NCBI RefSeq assembly: GCF_026571515.1
Contig: NW_026866698.1
Coordinates: forward strand, 62,001 to 126,000
DNA length: 64,000 bases
Direction of reading: 5' to 3'
From: Ruditapes philippinarum
Taxonomy: Eukaryota
The notes under the pieces were generated by a model. The model saw only the letters and a list, made by a program, of their open reading frames with translations. It ran no database searches and was not told the DNA's origin. This document shows, one piece after another, positions 46,513-59,900 of the stretch. Every line of letters begins with the position of its first letter. Position 1 is the stretch's first letter. Both the position numbers and the translations under genes were made by a program.

Positions 46513-49500
46513 TTACAAACACTGTTCTGAGCTTACAGTGTGTAGCTCTACTTTACTTCCAGGTTTCTGCTCAGCAGTTAAAGTGTTAGAATTTACAGAT
46601 GGCGGTCCGTCCCAGCTTGTGCTTGGCTGTTCTGAGCTACCAAAACCCTGCCTGCGGGGTCGGAGACAGGCTTTGACGGGAGTTCTGATGCCAGCACCAT
46701 CTGCTCCAAGTCCCTGCCCGGGGCTCCAACCCATCGACTGTAACATACGGTTGCCAATATTTGATTCAGGAATTGGGTCTGCATCAGCACCAATGAAAGC
46801 TGAAATTAAGTAAATTTTTTTTACTTATTTTTCTTTGTGATTTTTATGCAAATTTAATACATATTTTTATTCATATTATCAGCAGTTGGCCAGCTAACCA
46901 GATTTTCTTGATAATTAACCAGTATTTACCAATTTCTCTGCAAGCAACTGACTATTTACCCTATATGATTTCCACAAACATTTGACTATTATTGTCACAT
47001 GATTTCTGAATATTCCTTGAGAGACAAAAGATCTGAATATTTATTGAGAGACAAAGAGACAAAAGACCATTCGACTCAATCTCAGAAATAAATTGTTGTG
47101 AAAAATTAATGACTCATCTTAAAGGATTGAATCACTCATCCCTAGATTACTAGTTAAATGCTCTCCCTACTTAGCATGTGGTAAGTAAATGATAACTTTC
47201 AAAGTTAATGGTACATTCTCTTTTTGTTACAGAAAATGCCGGGTAGATATCTAACATTTGAATATCAAACAATGCTTTTAATTAAATTAATTATTGAATA
47301 TCTTTATAATGGTGTATACAAATGTACCATTCTTAATGATAACTTTTGGTAAGTTTTAACTATTGTCAACATCTTCTACAAACAAAAGGAATGAGACCAT
47401 CAATGCATCAATTAATATGATTCAAGGTCAATTTATGTGTTGACTGCCATAACTACATGTAATAATTTTAATATTTTGTTATCAAAATACAGGAAACTTT
47501 CTGCTGCTTTTTCAAAACAAAATTCTTTTAGCAGTCAAAATATGGTTGCAACTGGCAGAGACATAGATAACAGAGATAAGCAGCTCCTATATACTCCATT
47601 GAAATATCACTCGTGCCTATCAAAAAGTGAAAAATTAGGCATTTTGTAGCAAATAAAACCTAATGGACGTACAATTTATTCTTTAATATTATATACCATT
47701 TGAAAGGTAAATCTTTTATCTATTGCTGCATGTTAAAATATTGGTAACTTTCCATACCTTTCACTTAGAAAAACATGGCAGAACATACCCACTGAGCCAG
47801 TTTTTTTGTCATATGAATAGTTTTGTAACAAAAATTATTATAGTGGTTCTCTTTGAAAAATGATGTAACATTTATTTAAATGGGAACTGTAAATATTTTT
47901 ACCTGCAGCCATAGACAAATGCATAAGCTTTCAGAAAATGTATTATTTTACTGATTTTGATATCTGGCTAATAAGTTTTACTTGCTACAAGTTTTACGTT
48001 TAGCAGACACGCGTGATATTTTAACTGGCTAGGAAGTTGCCCATCCCTGTTATCTATGTCTCTGCAACTGGCAAACAGAAATATGGCTTCTAAAACATGT
48101 TTTCTTCGTAATGTCGTAGTTTTTAACTATATAAAATACCTAAATCTGCCTCTGTGAATGGCGGTGGTGTTTTCCTCTGCCGTTTACTATCTGCCAATGA
48201 ACTGCTGCTGTTGCCGTTAGTGTTAGAACTAGTATACCAGGAGTTGATTTTACCTTGAATACTGTTCCATTTATGTCTCTCCTGAATAAATCTTTGTACA
48301 GTGTACCCTGGTATCTGTAAATTATACACAGTGTGTTAAGGTAGTTAATAATACAATAATATATAATCTGTGGCATTTGAAGACTCAGAACATTACTTAA
48401 AATAAACATCGACAGCCTTGTTTCAAATTCATTATCAATATTTCAAAACTAAACTTGAACACCAATCTACATACATAGTTTATACCAAATTAATTTTAAT
48501 TTTACTTTAATGTTATAAATTTGTAGAAACACTTTAAAATCTGTTCCTGTAACCAACCAGTATTAAAGAAATGAGTTTGAAGTTTCTTGCTAAAGAAAAC
48601 AACGGCTTGCCCCTAATCTGATTTAAGCCCACATAACTTAAGGTTACTGGTACAATATGTTAACCATTCAGCCATGCTGCCACATAGCATACTTGAATAT
48701 ACATTCAATTAATTATCTTATCCTATCATTGGGAAACAAATATTTATTGTTATGTAGTAATTTTTCTTTACCTTGCCTTTCAATTTACGTCTTCCAAAAC
48801 GAATTTCTCTACCACACTGTAATGTAGAGACAAGACATTTATGATAACTATGCAGTTCCTATAATACTCAGGATGGTTAGATTCAAGTAAATGCCGAAGC
48901 ATGTTTGGTTTAGAAATATTTTTCTACTTTTTTATTATGAATATTAAAAGGACAATAAGTGCCCAGAACATTTTGTCATTGGTTAGACAATATGTTCATT
49001 TGGAAATCTAAGTTAGTAAGTAGAAGCACCATCAAAATTTAATTTCTTAAAGGGACTCAACTGAGGATTTTTTAGATGAAGGGATTGGATATATCTTTTC
49101 CAGACTAATGTTCCATTTGATGAAGGTCTAGACCAATAACTTGTGTGCGAAATTTCAGATCATTCACTCACTCCGTTTTCCAGAATAATTATTCTGGTTG
49201 GAACAAAATACCCCAAAATTGAAAAGGGTAAATTGGACTAAGAATAGAACAAAACTATTATCGTTCTGTTTTAAGTGCCAAAGCTGATCTACATGTATGA
49301 ACGATATTCAAATTTTATGTTTTTCAGATTGGACCTCAGTGGAGTTCTTTTATTTGTAATATACAATGTGGCCTTTACAGGCTGGCCCTCAGCAGCGCAA
49401 TTATGTCTGTAAAAAGTGGTAAAGTGCCTCCAGATGAGCCAAAATATACAAGAAAATCAAAGTTGAGAAAAATGTGCTTTTTAAGAAAAGTAAAAAGATT

Positions 49501-51803
49501 CAAGTAATAACATGTTATGTGTGATTAATGACTGATTTTTCAGTACTCATCACCTATTTCTACTGCATTACTAACTCAGTATGGGCTATTTTTGCACATT
49601 TTCACCCAATTTCAGTAATTTATGTCGACTGTTATTGTTTTCAATTTGTAATTTAATACCTTTGTTCACTTCACAATATTTACTTTTTCACACATGTACG
49701 TTTTCAAAATTATTAAGAAAAGTTGCATGAATCTGGAAGCATGCTACTTTAAAGCTGGGCAAGATCAGCTTGAAACGCCTCTAACAACTTACATGTCTCA
49801 TTATCCGCGACATCCTGGCCTTGAAACCAATTTGTGAAGATCTAGAAAGGTGTTGAAAACTGCCGTTGAGTATTTGTTGAAACTGTTTATCTGAAACCAT
49901 GGTTTCATCTCCGCTATTGACTCTTTCGTTCTCCCACCAGGGGATCACTCCTGGGATACCACATGCAGGTCCCGCCTCATGGAAGAAGTCACTCTGCTCA
50001 TCATCAGCTAGACAAACATTAGGACAAATTGTGGATGTTATTATGTTCAGCAAAACTACATAGAAAACAATATACACGCATACTTTTTGACAGTCAATGT
50101 ACAAAATTCAAAATCACTGTATGAAGTTTTGTTTGGATGATTGGGTTTTAAGTCGACCAACACAGTATAAGTCATATGGCGATGTTCCAGCTTTACTGGT
50201 GGAGGGCGACCTCAGGTGCTCTTCCATGATGCATTATTTCAGGCACGAACAAGCACCTGAATAGAACCACAGCCAAAGAGTTTTAGGATTATTTATTTAT
50301 ATATAAGACAATGACAATAAGCATGTATACTTAGTTCGCAGTGATTACCTTTTATAGTTTCTGAAAAAATGGACTGTCACAAAAAATGTATCCAATGCCA
50401 ATGCAAACAATTGCTCTACTTTTCTTCTTCTAAAACTGGAGCAAATAAGGTTAAAACAAATAAAAGATACCTTCATGTGTTACACAATATTCATCGCCTG
50501 ATATTGACTCACTACTGCTGCTCAGTGTTGAACTACTTCCCTCTCTAGAAAAGATGATAATACATTCATTTCAGTTTTGAATATTATCAATGAATTAAAT
50601 TTGGTTGAGTTTTCAGCCACGCCAACAGGGTAAAGGCCATAAAGTGACTTTCTGGCATTAATGGCAGATGAAGACCTTGGATGCCACCTGTGCATCATTC
50701 CAGTCAAACTGGGATTAGAGTAAAACTACCAAACATAAGCAAGCCTGTTGCATAGCGTCCATACTCGAAAATATTCATACTCAATAGTCCTGTGAAGGAT
50801 TCAAACTTTCAGCAGTGAAGGACAGATGATTACGTCAGTAACCTTAACCACTCATTGTTATTGAACATATGTTTGTTTAAAATTTTCATGAAATTGCACA
50901 CATGTTAAATGAACATATATAATATATATATGTAGCAATTTAGCATAAAAAGTATCAAACTTTTGAGCTAAAGATTTTGATGTTAATTAAGTACAAAGTA
51001 ACTTCCTCTGAATGAAAGTTTATTATATATATATCAAAAATTACATACTGTGAGTTCATCGCAGAGTCCATTGCATCATCATCTTTACAGCAATCTTCAG
51101 TCCTATTCTGATCTGTTCCAGTTCCATAATCTGTTTTAGGTCTGATACTACGCTTTCTCTTGCCAGGAACCATCTCATCTATACCTGACTCCTTCATCTG
51201 ATGCATAAAACCACTACCATCCATTGGGCTGGTACCCATACTACAATGAGGAAGTTTAACAGTCTTACTCCTCTGTCTGTTGTATTTTGGTTTACCCTGC
51301 TGGACAGGTGAGTCATGCTGCGAGGAAGACGGATCGGGATCTATGGCCATTGATTTGTATTTTTTTCTACGTCTCTGCGGTCGTATTGGTGAAAACATTG
51401 ACTCATTGACCGAATCTGACTCCACCTGAGAGGGAACATAATTTATGTTCAATGGCATAGTGAGTCTAACTATATGATGAGCAATAGCTAAATCATCTGA
51501 GTCGCTCTGAGCAATGTTTTCCATGTAGTCTTTGATTGCTTCATCGATACTGCTTTGTGAAGCTTCACTCATATTTCCTAAGTCCGGCTGATGTCTTTTC
51601 CGCCTACCCTTTCTTTTTCTTGGAAGACGTCGTGTGCTAGAAGACGATGCCCCGTGTCCCCCGTCACTTTTGGAACGTTTATGACTAGCGGCATCCTCAA
51701 GAGCTAGGCTGAGGTCATGTACGAGGTCGTCCATTTTGCCAATGGAACTTGAGAACACTCGTAGCCGTTCAAAGTCTGTCACTATGTTATTCTCCATGAG
51801 CAT
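46513..51803 (-). CDS. GPATCH2: G-patch domain-containing protein 2, 6 coding exons, ~516 aa (493 aa if started at ATG 51734)
   Basis: Minus-strand exons 51049-51803, 50471-50544, 49793-50007, 48772-48816, 48140-48314 and 46513-46799 have consistent phases. Motifs MDDLVHDLSLALE, VESDS...RPQRRRKKYKSMAID and ADDEQSDFFHEAGPACGIPGVIPWWE are GPATCH2-like. The C-terminal G-patch reads PIPESNIGNRMLQSMGWSPGQGLGADGAGIRTPV...RQGFG. Confidence 0.92.
49051..49348. mobile_element. TTAA-associated MITE (Kolobok-like family D)
   Basis: TTAA|AGGGACTCAACTGAGG ... CCTCAGTGGAGTTCT|TTTA, imperfect TIRs. Confidence 0.55.
50128..50272 (-). mobile_element. 3' half of Meta/MESC-type SINE; a further degenerate SINE lies at ~50600-50855
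   Basis: Reverse complement of GTGCCTGAAATAATGCA...GCACCTGAGGTC..CCTCCACCAGTAAAGCTGGAA. Confidence 0.7.
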
Positions 51804-53410
51804 TTGTGAGATAAAATCTGAAATAATGAATCTGTCTAGTAAAACAAGAACACTGCATGCTGTGTTAACACTTTTCTGTTAAATTACTAAATTACCTATA
51901 ATTTTTTGTAAAGTTCCCGTACATAAAATATGACCCTATTATAATGAGGTAATATCAGTCCAATTTTTCATTTATAATCATTGAAGAAATCATTTTTTTC
52001 CTAAAGAAAATAGATTTATAACTAAGATAGATGTCATTTAGGAAATACAGTGCGGACTCAATATTGGTAATTTACTACCTAGTAGCTTTATCGAGTAAAT
52101 GCTCTTGATATCAACAATATCCCCTCCCCAAAAACCAGGGACTCACAGGTTCAAAAGAAACTCTGAAATGGCTGAGCTATTATCGTATAGTTACTATTGA
52201 TAGTTGAAAAGTAAATTTACAAAAGAAATCTCCGAACAAGAACGTATTTAAATGTTTAAAATAATTTGGAGCGATATTGGAAATTTGTCATCGAGCGGGT
52301 CAAATTACTAGAATATATTCTGTTTTAGTTGACATTTCAAACAAGCGCTACACAAATAAAATGTTTACAAGTATACGATAAGCTTTTAACGGTAAAAACA
52401 ATGTAAAATGTCAGCAAAAACATTTACTGTTATAAGATTGACATAACTTGGACACAATTTGGTATTTATTACCAAATTCCTGTCAGACAGGACTTCCTAC
52501 TCAGAAAATGCATGCATCCAAAAGATGCATATTATTTGAAACTTTGCATGCACAGTTAAGTCATTGCGTTCTGGACGCAGGAAGCAGAGGTTAAAAAAAT
52601 CACTGTTAACTTATTGGTCGTTTTAACTAATTACTAATAAATAATAGCGAGCTCGAAGAGCTGGCCCGAAGGGCCTGCTAGCAAAGCGAGCTTTACAGTA
52701 ACGAGAGTATACCTGCTAGATAGATGGTTTTGAAAACTTTCGTCCGGAGTACAGAATTGGCACATTGCAACTTCAGTGTTAGCGATTTTCCCTAACTTTA
52801 CTGAGTACCTGGGACTCAGTGCTAATAGATCTGTTACGTCCCAATTCAAATGGAACGAGTCCTCAATTACAAAAATGTCAATGTTTGCATAACTTCATAA
52901 TACAATCAAATTTGAGACTGTTGATGTTCGCGGATACCATTGATAGGTTGGCCCAAAACGAGGCCGAGCACTTGCTCCTAGTCTACGTTTGGGATATAAA
53001 TCTGCATTGCTAATGAGAAAGGAACAAATGAAAATGAGGTGAAAGTCAAGTTCTTATAATACAATTTTTTTAAAGTGAATAGAAAATCATTTTCAAGCAG
53101 AGCAAAAAAACTTAAGAGAGAATTGACCAATTATCGGGGAAAAAGTGTTTCGTCCCAGGGACTCAACAGCCCTTTTTTTCTTTCCTCCCTGGCAATTTTA
53201 GCGAGTAAATTGATATGTTTACTCAGTAAACGCGAACACTGAACTTTTCGAATTACAAGATAACGATGAAAGCTGAGGTATTCTCATTGAAAACAGAAGC
53301 GTTGATTGGTGTCCTGCGCACTTATATAGGAACCATAATAGGACAGGGAACCAGAATAAACGGCAGTAGTGGATGAAATACCAAATGACAATTTTTAGAC
53401 GAAAAATGTA

Positions 53411-54026
53411 GAGTGGGTGGACCAACGCTCGGCGTAAAAATACTATATTTGATATGGCAAATTCAAATCAACGTCAACAAACCTCAATGTTATATGTCCA
53501 TTTTCAAGACCGATGATATTGTTTTAAATAGCCATTGTGTAAAATTCGCTAATCACATAATGATGTGCATGGCTGGAGCTATAGATAGTCCGGATAAACA
53601 AGAGTGGTTTGCATGAAATTGTACCATAGCTCGGCGTACAATACTACATGATGCAGGATTGTTTTTCGAATAAAATCTCTTTTTTATCTTATGAAGAAAA
53701 CATATTGAATAAATTGTAACAACCAAATTAGGTTCATACATTTACAAGTACCCAACTTTTAGTTTAAATTTTACAGCCCCAGAACTCTAGTGTTAAAAGA
53801 TTTTAATAATTTATATGTTGGGGATTACATAAGGTTGTTCGTCTGCTATAAGCATTGTCACGTGACTTTACCGGAAGTGAACCACACCAGGATAAAATGG
53901 TGAAAGATGTAAATTAAAAGCACCAGTGACCTAAATCTGAGATAACTCGAGACATTTTCAGATATTCTAAAAAAAATATTTTTTACGCCGAGCATTGGTA
54001 TGCGCCGAGCATTGGTCCAACCACTC
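53411..54026. mobile_element. TIR element (~615 bp) flanked by TA
   Basis: TA|GAGTGGGTGGACCAACGCTCGGCG ... CGCCGAGCATTGGTCCAACCACTC|TA, a 24-bp TIR with 2 mismatches. The right end has a partial duplication of the TIR. Confidence 0.7.
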
Positions 54027-55194
54027 TAAAATAAAAATGAAGCGATTATTTTATAGTATTTCACGGTAAAAGAAAATCAAGCCCGCTTTGAGGCTTTGAC
54101 AATATTATACAGGGAAGTCAAAGACCAGGCCCGCGAAGCAGGTCCGGGCTTTGGCTTGCCCGGCTATAGACTACATGTGTATATTTAAAAGAAAATCAAA
54201 TAAAAAACAATAAAAAAATATATAAAATTCCTTATATACCTAATACCTTGATATACCTATCAACGAAATTTTCAGTGTCAGTTCTAGTCGGGCGCCGCCA
54301 TTTACAATGTAACTCAATGATAATAGGCGGGGTATTCCGATACCGGAACAAACCTCAACTTTTCGGATAAATAATAATCGTCGAGTGTTTCGAGTGAAAA
54401 CAGAAGCAGTGCATGTAATACTGAATGACACCTTTAACACGGAAAGAATGAAAGGAATTTTTCACGACTTCCCCGTTCATAGGCTTTGCCTAATTTCATA
54501 TTATTATTTTGTACTAAGAACTTAACTAAGTGTACTTTTCTAAAATGACATTTTGGTATTTTTAAATGATGCAGGAAACAGCCTGCGATAAAAGTATTAA
54601 AACATTTTTTTTTTTTATTTATCCGAAACATTTTGACCGAAAGTGAAAACTTAGTTGAAATAAATTTATATACACCTAATTGTATCAGAATTAAAAATGC
54701 ATTTAAACATCAGAATAAGCTATAAGCGTTTTAAATAAATATGTTTACCATGTGCATATCTAGATGAAAACTATGGGTAATACTTTGATTTTCTGCAATC
54801 CTATTTCCCTAAATGTCCGCCATTTTAGTAAGCTTAATTATAATATCAATATGAAGAATAAGTTCAGGAAGAAACGACCCAATTTTAATCGAATAGTGTG
54901 TGGTTATCTTTGATTGCAAATTAAGTTTAGATTGCATTTCGAGATAAATTAAATATATAACTTGTATTTCAGATTTCTGGAAAAAAAATCATTTTATCAC
55001 ACACCCGTGCCAATTTTGCGACTCCGAATTTATGGTATTGCACGGCCGTGCATATATTTTGACGTGACGTCATTACTCAGTAGCGTTATACAAACATAGT
55101 GTAAAGACGCGCTAAATGTTAGCGTTATACTATAGGCGCGTCAATGAAAAATGACTCTTTTTTCACTTTAAACGGTCTTTATTTTTGGTATGTG

Positions 55195-55356
55195 ATAAAT
55201 AGAATATTAAATTCGTGTAAGTTCATTACTGAATTTATTGCAGTCGTTGAATAGAATAATATATAATGCTCGCCAGAGGCTCGCATAATATAATTTTATT
55301 CAACTCGTGCAATAAATTTAGTATTGAACTCACACTCATTCAATATCCTCTATTTA
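55195..55356. repeat. ~160-bp imperfect palindrome, probably the end of a Crypton-like element starting near 54990
   Basis: TAAATAGAATATT...CTGAATTTATTGCA...GTTGAATAGAAT | centre GCTCGCCAGAGGCTCGC | ATTTTATTCAAC...TGCAATAAATTTAG...AATATCCTCTATTTA. Confidence 0.65.
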
Positions 55357-55624
55357 TTACAAAGTTTTGATTTAATAGCTGTACGTGTATTTTATAGGAA
55401 AGTCTGAACAGGTAAATTAAAGGTGTTTCAAATAAAATTGGAGACCCATTTATCATTTCAAATATATCACCCTTTTATTATTTCAATCTAAAGAAGTACG
55501 TAGAGGTTTGCGCTAGATAGAAAATGATTGTATTAATTAATTATCATAAGTACTTTTTTATAAAAATGACCAGAAAAAAGGATTCTTGAAAAAAAAGCAA
55601 CAAGAATAAAGATCAACAAGGTAA

Positions 55625-56972
55625 AAGCAACGTTCACAGGGCGTAACCCCCGACACACCCAAGTAGGGCACCCAGAAGACACTCAACAAAAACCTTGGAG
55701 TGGATATAAGGGCGGCGAAAGGAGAGGGATGTAATGTGTGAAATAATATAAACTAAAACGGGCCCATATGGGAATAAAAGGGATAAGGGCTGTAAGGATG
55801 AAAAGGGGAGGGGCGGGAGCGTGAGAAAATACCTACCGTAAACGACAATCCAACAAGGCAGACATAAAAAAATGTAAACATTCAAAAACAAGTAACAATA
55901 CGGACATGAAAAAACACGTGAAGGAACACAGAGGGGTACCGTCATGGAACGGCCAGTGGTGGTTAAACCACTGGGGAGTTTAAACCGGTTTTAGGCGCGC
56001 CAAACCTCACCCAATATGTTCCTGAATGACACGAAAGTGTAAATAAAATTAATCCCCGCTTAGTGAAATTCTAACAATGGTCATGGTTACATTAGAAAAA
56101 ATAAATAAAACACATAAAAAATTGCGTAAATATGTAGAAAAAGGTACAGCCTAATGACCATTACCAAAGTTCTCGATGCCTTTAAAGAAGACAGAGCAAC
56201 AAGAACATCACCTATAAGGGCCAAACGAAGCAAGACAGAAGACGAACATTAAGACGATTCAGTACCAAAGGGCTTTAAGAACTGTCCACCATAGAGTCTC
56301 CCACTTAGTTCGTCAGATGTAATTAAAAGAGGAAAGCGTAGCGTCCAACTGTAAAAAGGTTGAACACCAAGCATGCGGTATGCCTTAAAATAATTGGGCC
56401 ATAACCTTTTTTAATAAACGGTTTGATAATTTTAGTGAAGATGGCAGAAAAATTACTATGACCAATGATCCTACGAAGTTTGTAAACCACATCTCCACAG
56501 AAATCAGGTTTGCTAATACCTACTCGTAAAATAGTTTTTAAATTACAATTAAAATTTAAAACTCAATCTGAATTACGATGGTAAAACTTAGTAAAATATT
56601 TATGCAATTTATGATAGCGATAACCTTATTTAAGAAGTTTGTTAGTAATAAATAAATAAATTGCGTTCATTAAAATCATCTGCACGCCCTAGCAAATCTA
56701 ATTAATTGAGAAATATACACCCCATATGATGTAGCATGAGGTACATCTCCATCTAAATGTGGATAGTTAACAATATTAAAATCAAAATCATCTCTTTTAC
56801 CGTAAAGTTTAGTTACTATAGTATTATTAATGATAGAAATGTTTAAATCTAAAAAATGATGTAATAACGTCTGAAGAGTTATAGTTTTATTCAATTTAAG
56901 TTCACTAGGATATATTTTAGAAACCAATTGATCGAAATAAGGATTATTCATGTTAAGGATATCATCTAGGTG
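55625..56972 (-). mobile_element. 5'-truncated, degenerate Penelope-like retroelement (RT C-terminal half plus 3' non-coding region)
   Basis: The minus strand reads (H)LDDILNMNNPYFDQLVSKIYPSELKLNK...FLDLNISI...LYGKRDDFDFNIVNYPHLDGDVP...SYGVYISQLIRFARAC. After frameshifts it continues DDFNERN...KLLK*GYRYHKLHKYFTKFYHR...GISKPDFCGDVVYKLRRI...RHTACLVFN. Stops and frameshifts show it is inactive. Confidence 0.85.
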
Positions 56973-59900
56973 TCATCTATCATTAAACCTGTTTTGTACA
57001 TGCAACTTCATGTATATTTCTTGCCTATCTTGTAATCTTTTTGATGGATGCGGCAAGATCTACATTGTTAATGTGATATTAAAGTGAATGTTAACAGTTC
57101 TTTTGTGGAAAAAAATACAAAAAACATGGCTTTTTCAAAACTGAGAGGCATTCAGTATATTTTCCAACATGCATGCTAGGCCGTGATTTTCCTATAAATT
57201 ACCCTACTTCACTTCACACTTTAAATTTACAAACAAATGTAACCTTAAGAGTAAAAAGAGAAAGCATTTATCATGAGTCCTTTCTTTTTCTTTAACTTTT
57301 ATCATTTTAATTCGTATTTTTAACAGTAGAAATTCAAGTGTTTTTTTGGTTGTTTTTTTTGCTATGGACACTTTATATCTAAAGGCATAACAGTAGTTTA
57401 AATTGCATTTACAATATTAATTAAATGCCGGTGAGTACCTTGGCTTATTTTGAGTATACGCCGAGTTCAGGTTTTTGGCCGAAACATATTTTAAATACAC
57501 CTCTATGCTATTACCAGGGATTAAGGTGCATGGAATGTCATTTACATGTAATTGTACTACAATTGTTTTTATCTATAGTTATGAAAATAACATCAAGCAC
57601 ATGTATTGAATGTAAAATAAATTGCACAGTCTAGCGTGTACACTGTCTTAAATGATTCAAAAGTTATTAACTACAGTGTATCAAAAAAACAAACTAAACA
57701 TAGCCAGGTGTCTCTATATTGTAATCAAGATGGGTTTTATTTCCTTTTCTAAGAAGTGTTTTTTCATTGTTATTTTTCTTCCGTTTCAGCATAACCTAAC
57801 ATGAGAGATATATATAATCAAGAAAAATGTGATTTAAAATGACTTGTATGACGATAATACAAACACAACAACTGAAAAGTTTCAATGTAGCAGTAAGTTA
57901 TTCATGTTCACATCTATAATGTAGTATCGCGTGATCATTTAGGTCCTTTAAAAATATTTCTAAATGCGCATTATGTCAATGTTGCAGAAAAATAATCTTT
58001 AAAAAAAAATTCTCAACTATTTTATTACAATTTTCATTCGAAATATTTAAGTTAGTTAAGTTCATAGATAAATGCCTAACGCACATAAAAGCATGTTGGT
58101 ATAATAAGACTCTCCATCAGAAATCATAAGAAATTAAAAGAGTCGGGGCATGACATGACTCTTATGGGTATATACATTGTTCTCATTGTATATGTTTCTA
58201 TGTTTAAGATGTATAGATGAGACTACATATAATAATGAATATATGTCATTGTTTGCCGAAGCATGCAATTTTTTTTATAGTCAATATAATAAGACAGTAG
58301 AAATCACTATATATAGTGATACATTTTTTTACTGTCAAATAAACATAATTTGAGTATGGTTTGTGGCGATAGATGTGTGCAATGGTTCGCTGCAAAGATT
58401 TGATTTATAGGGTCCAAATTAATCTACACAATTTGAATGAATATAAGATGAATAAGAAATAAATGTTTAGTTTTCATAGATTTTGATTCTGCATGAAAGA
58501 TGATTTTAATAAGTTGGACAGTTTCTTTTCATTATTTGGATTTTGACGAGGTTAATAAGCATGATAACACTGATTATTCAAATAACTCAATCTGCAAAAA
58601 GAGAAATTTCCAAAGAAATTATTTATACCATAGTTTTGACATTGTGTACGTAACTCCTTGGCTCTGTAGAAAGGTCCAATATTTTGTTTTCTGAGCCGCA
58701 TAGGGCCGTATGGTGCTATCTCGATACGGAATAAGACCCAGTCCGTTGTAGTCTAGAAAGTAGTTCTTGTAAATTTTGAAATGGCCTTTTTTTACAAGTC
58801 ATCCCAATTGATACTGGTTATATTTTAAGTATATCTTTTGTAATTGTGTACATAAAGTTTCATTTCTGAGTACTTTAAATGTTGTTTTTGATGTATTTTT
58901 GCAGGACTTCATTTCTGGGTGGAAAGTTTCAGGAAGTACTATGCACAAGAATATACGCCAGTTACTATTTGGAGTATTTTATAGTGATTACACAAATTAA
59001 AAGCTGCAGAAAAACTCCATTGGCTAATGTGTTGGTTTTTTTTTGTGCTAAATTTACTTGGACTGCATTGGTGTTTAAAGAAATAGCCATGAAATTCCTG
59101 TACCTGATATGCATTGTCCAGAATTTAGCCTTAAATGTAGGATACAGAGTACGAATATTCACTAGACGTCTCCGTGTAAATTGGAATCTTAAGATAATTC
59201 AAACCATACCTCCTTAAAATCTTTGATTACACGAATTCCAGACTGAGACAAAGATAGATCAATTCTCTCGAAAATGGCTTCTAGTTGATATCAAGCATTG
59301 TAATTAATTTGCTCATATGTGTGCTTACACGTACCCTTCTCTCATAATCTTTGTTTGATTGTATATATACACTTTATCAAAATAGGTAACACATATTCAA
59401 ACTAGGAAACATCCTTAGTATATCTAAAGAATCAATTATTATCAACTACGAATATGTTGATCGATCCATGCCCAAATTACTGATTTTATTTTTGAAATTT
59501 TATTTTTTTCGAAACTTGTTCTTTTTATACGCACGTGCGTATTGGCATATCGGTAGATACGCCACTGCTGAATGAAAATTATTAATGAATAATTGCAATC
59601 TGGAAATAGACTTGTAATGTTATCTGATACTTGAGCTTATCAGCATTCAATGTGGTCAATACAGTATATAAAATATTAAACTGTTAAAGTTAAAAATAAC
59701 TTTGAAATTATTAATACAATATTACCATGATTAGCATTTTATCAGCCGTCATATCTTTTGCAAATCATTCACAGTCAAGTTACTTGTATGCATGTCTTAT
59801 CAGCAGTTATTATTAATAGCTTTCATAGCACTAGCTACCATGCAATTAGCCTAATGACAGTCACGCGATTATATCAAAAGAACAGGTAATTAAACAAAAA

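Noticed and set aside
56270-56330. Possible hammerhead ribozyme (CTGACGA on the minus strand) in the Penelope-like element
   Set aside because: I could not find a properly placed GAAA and stems by eye. A covariance-model search is needed.
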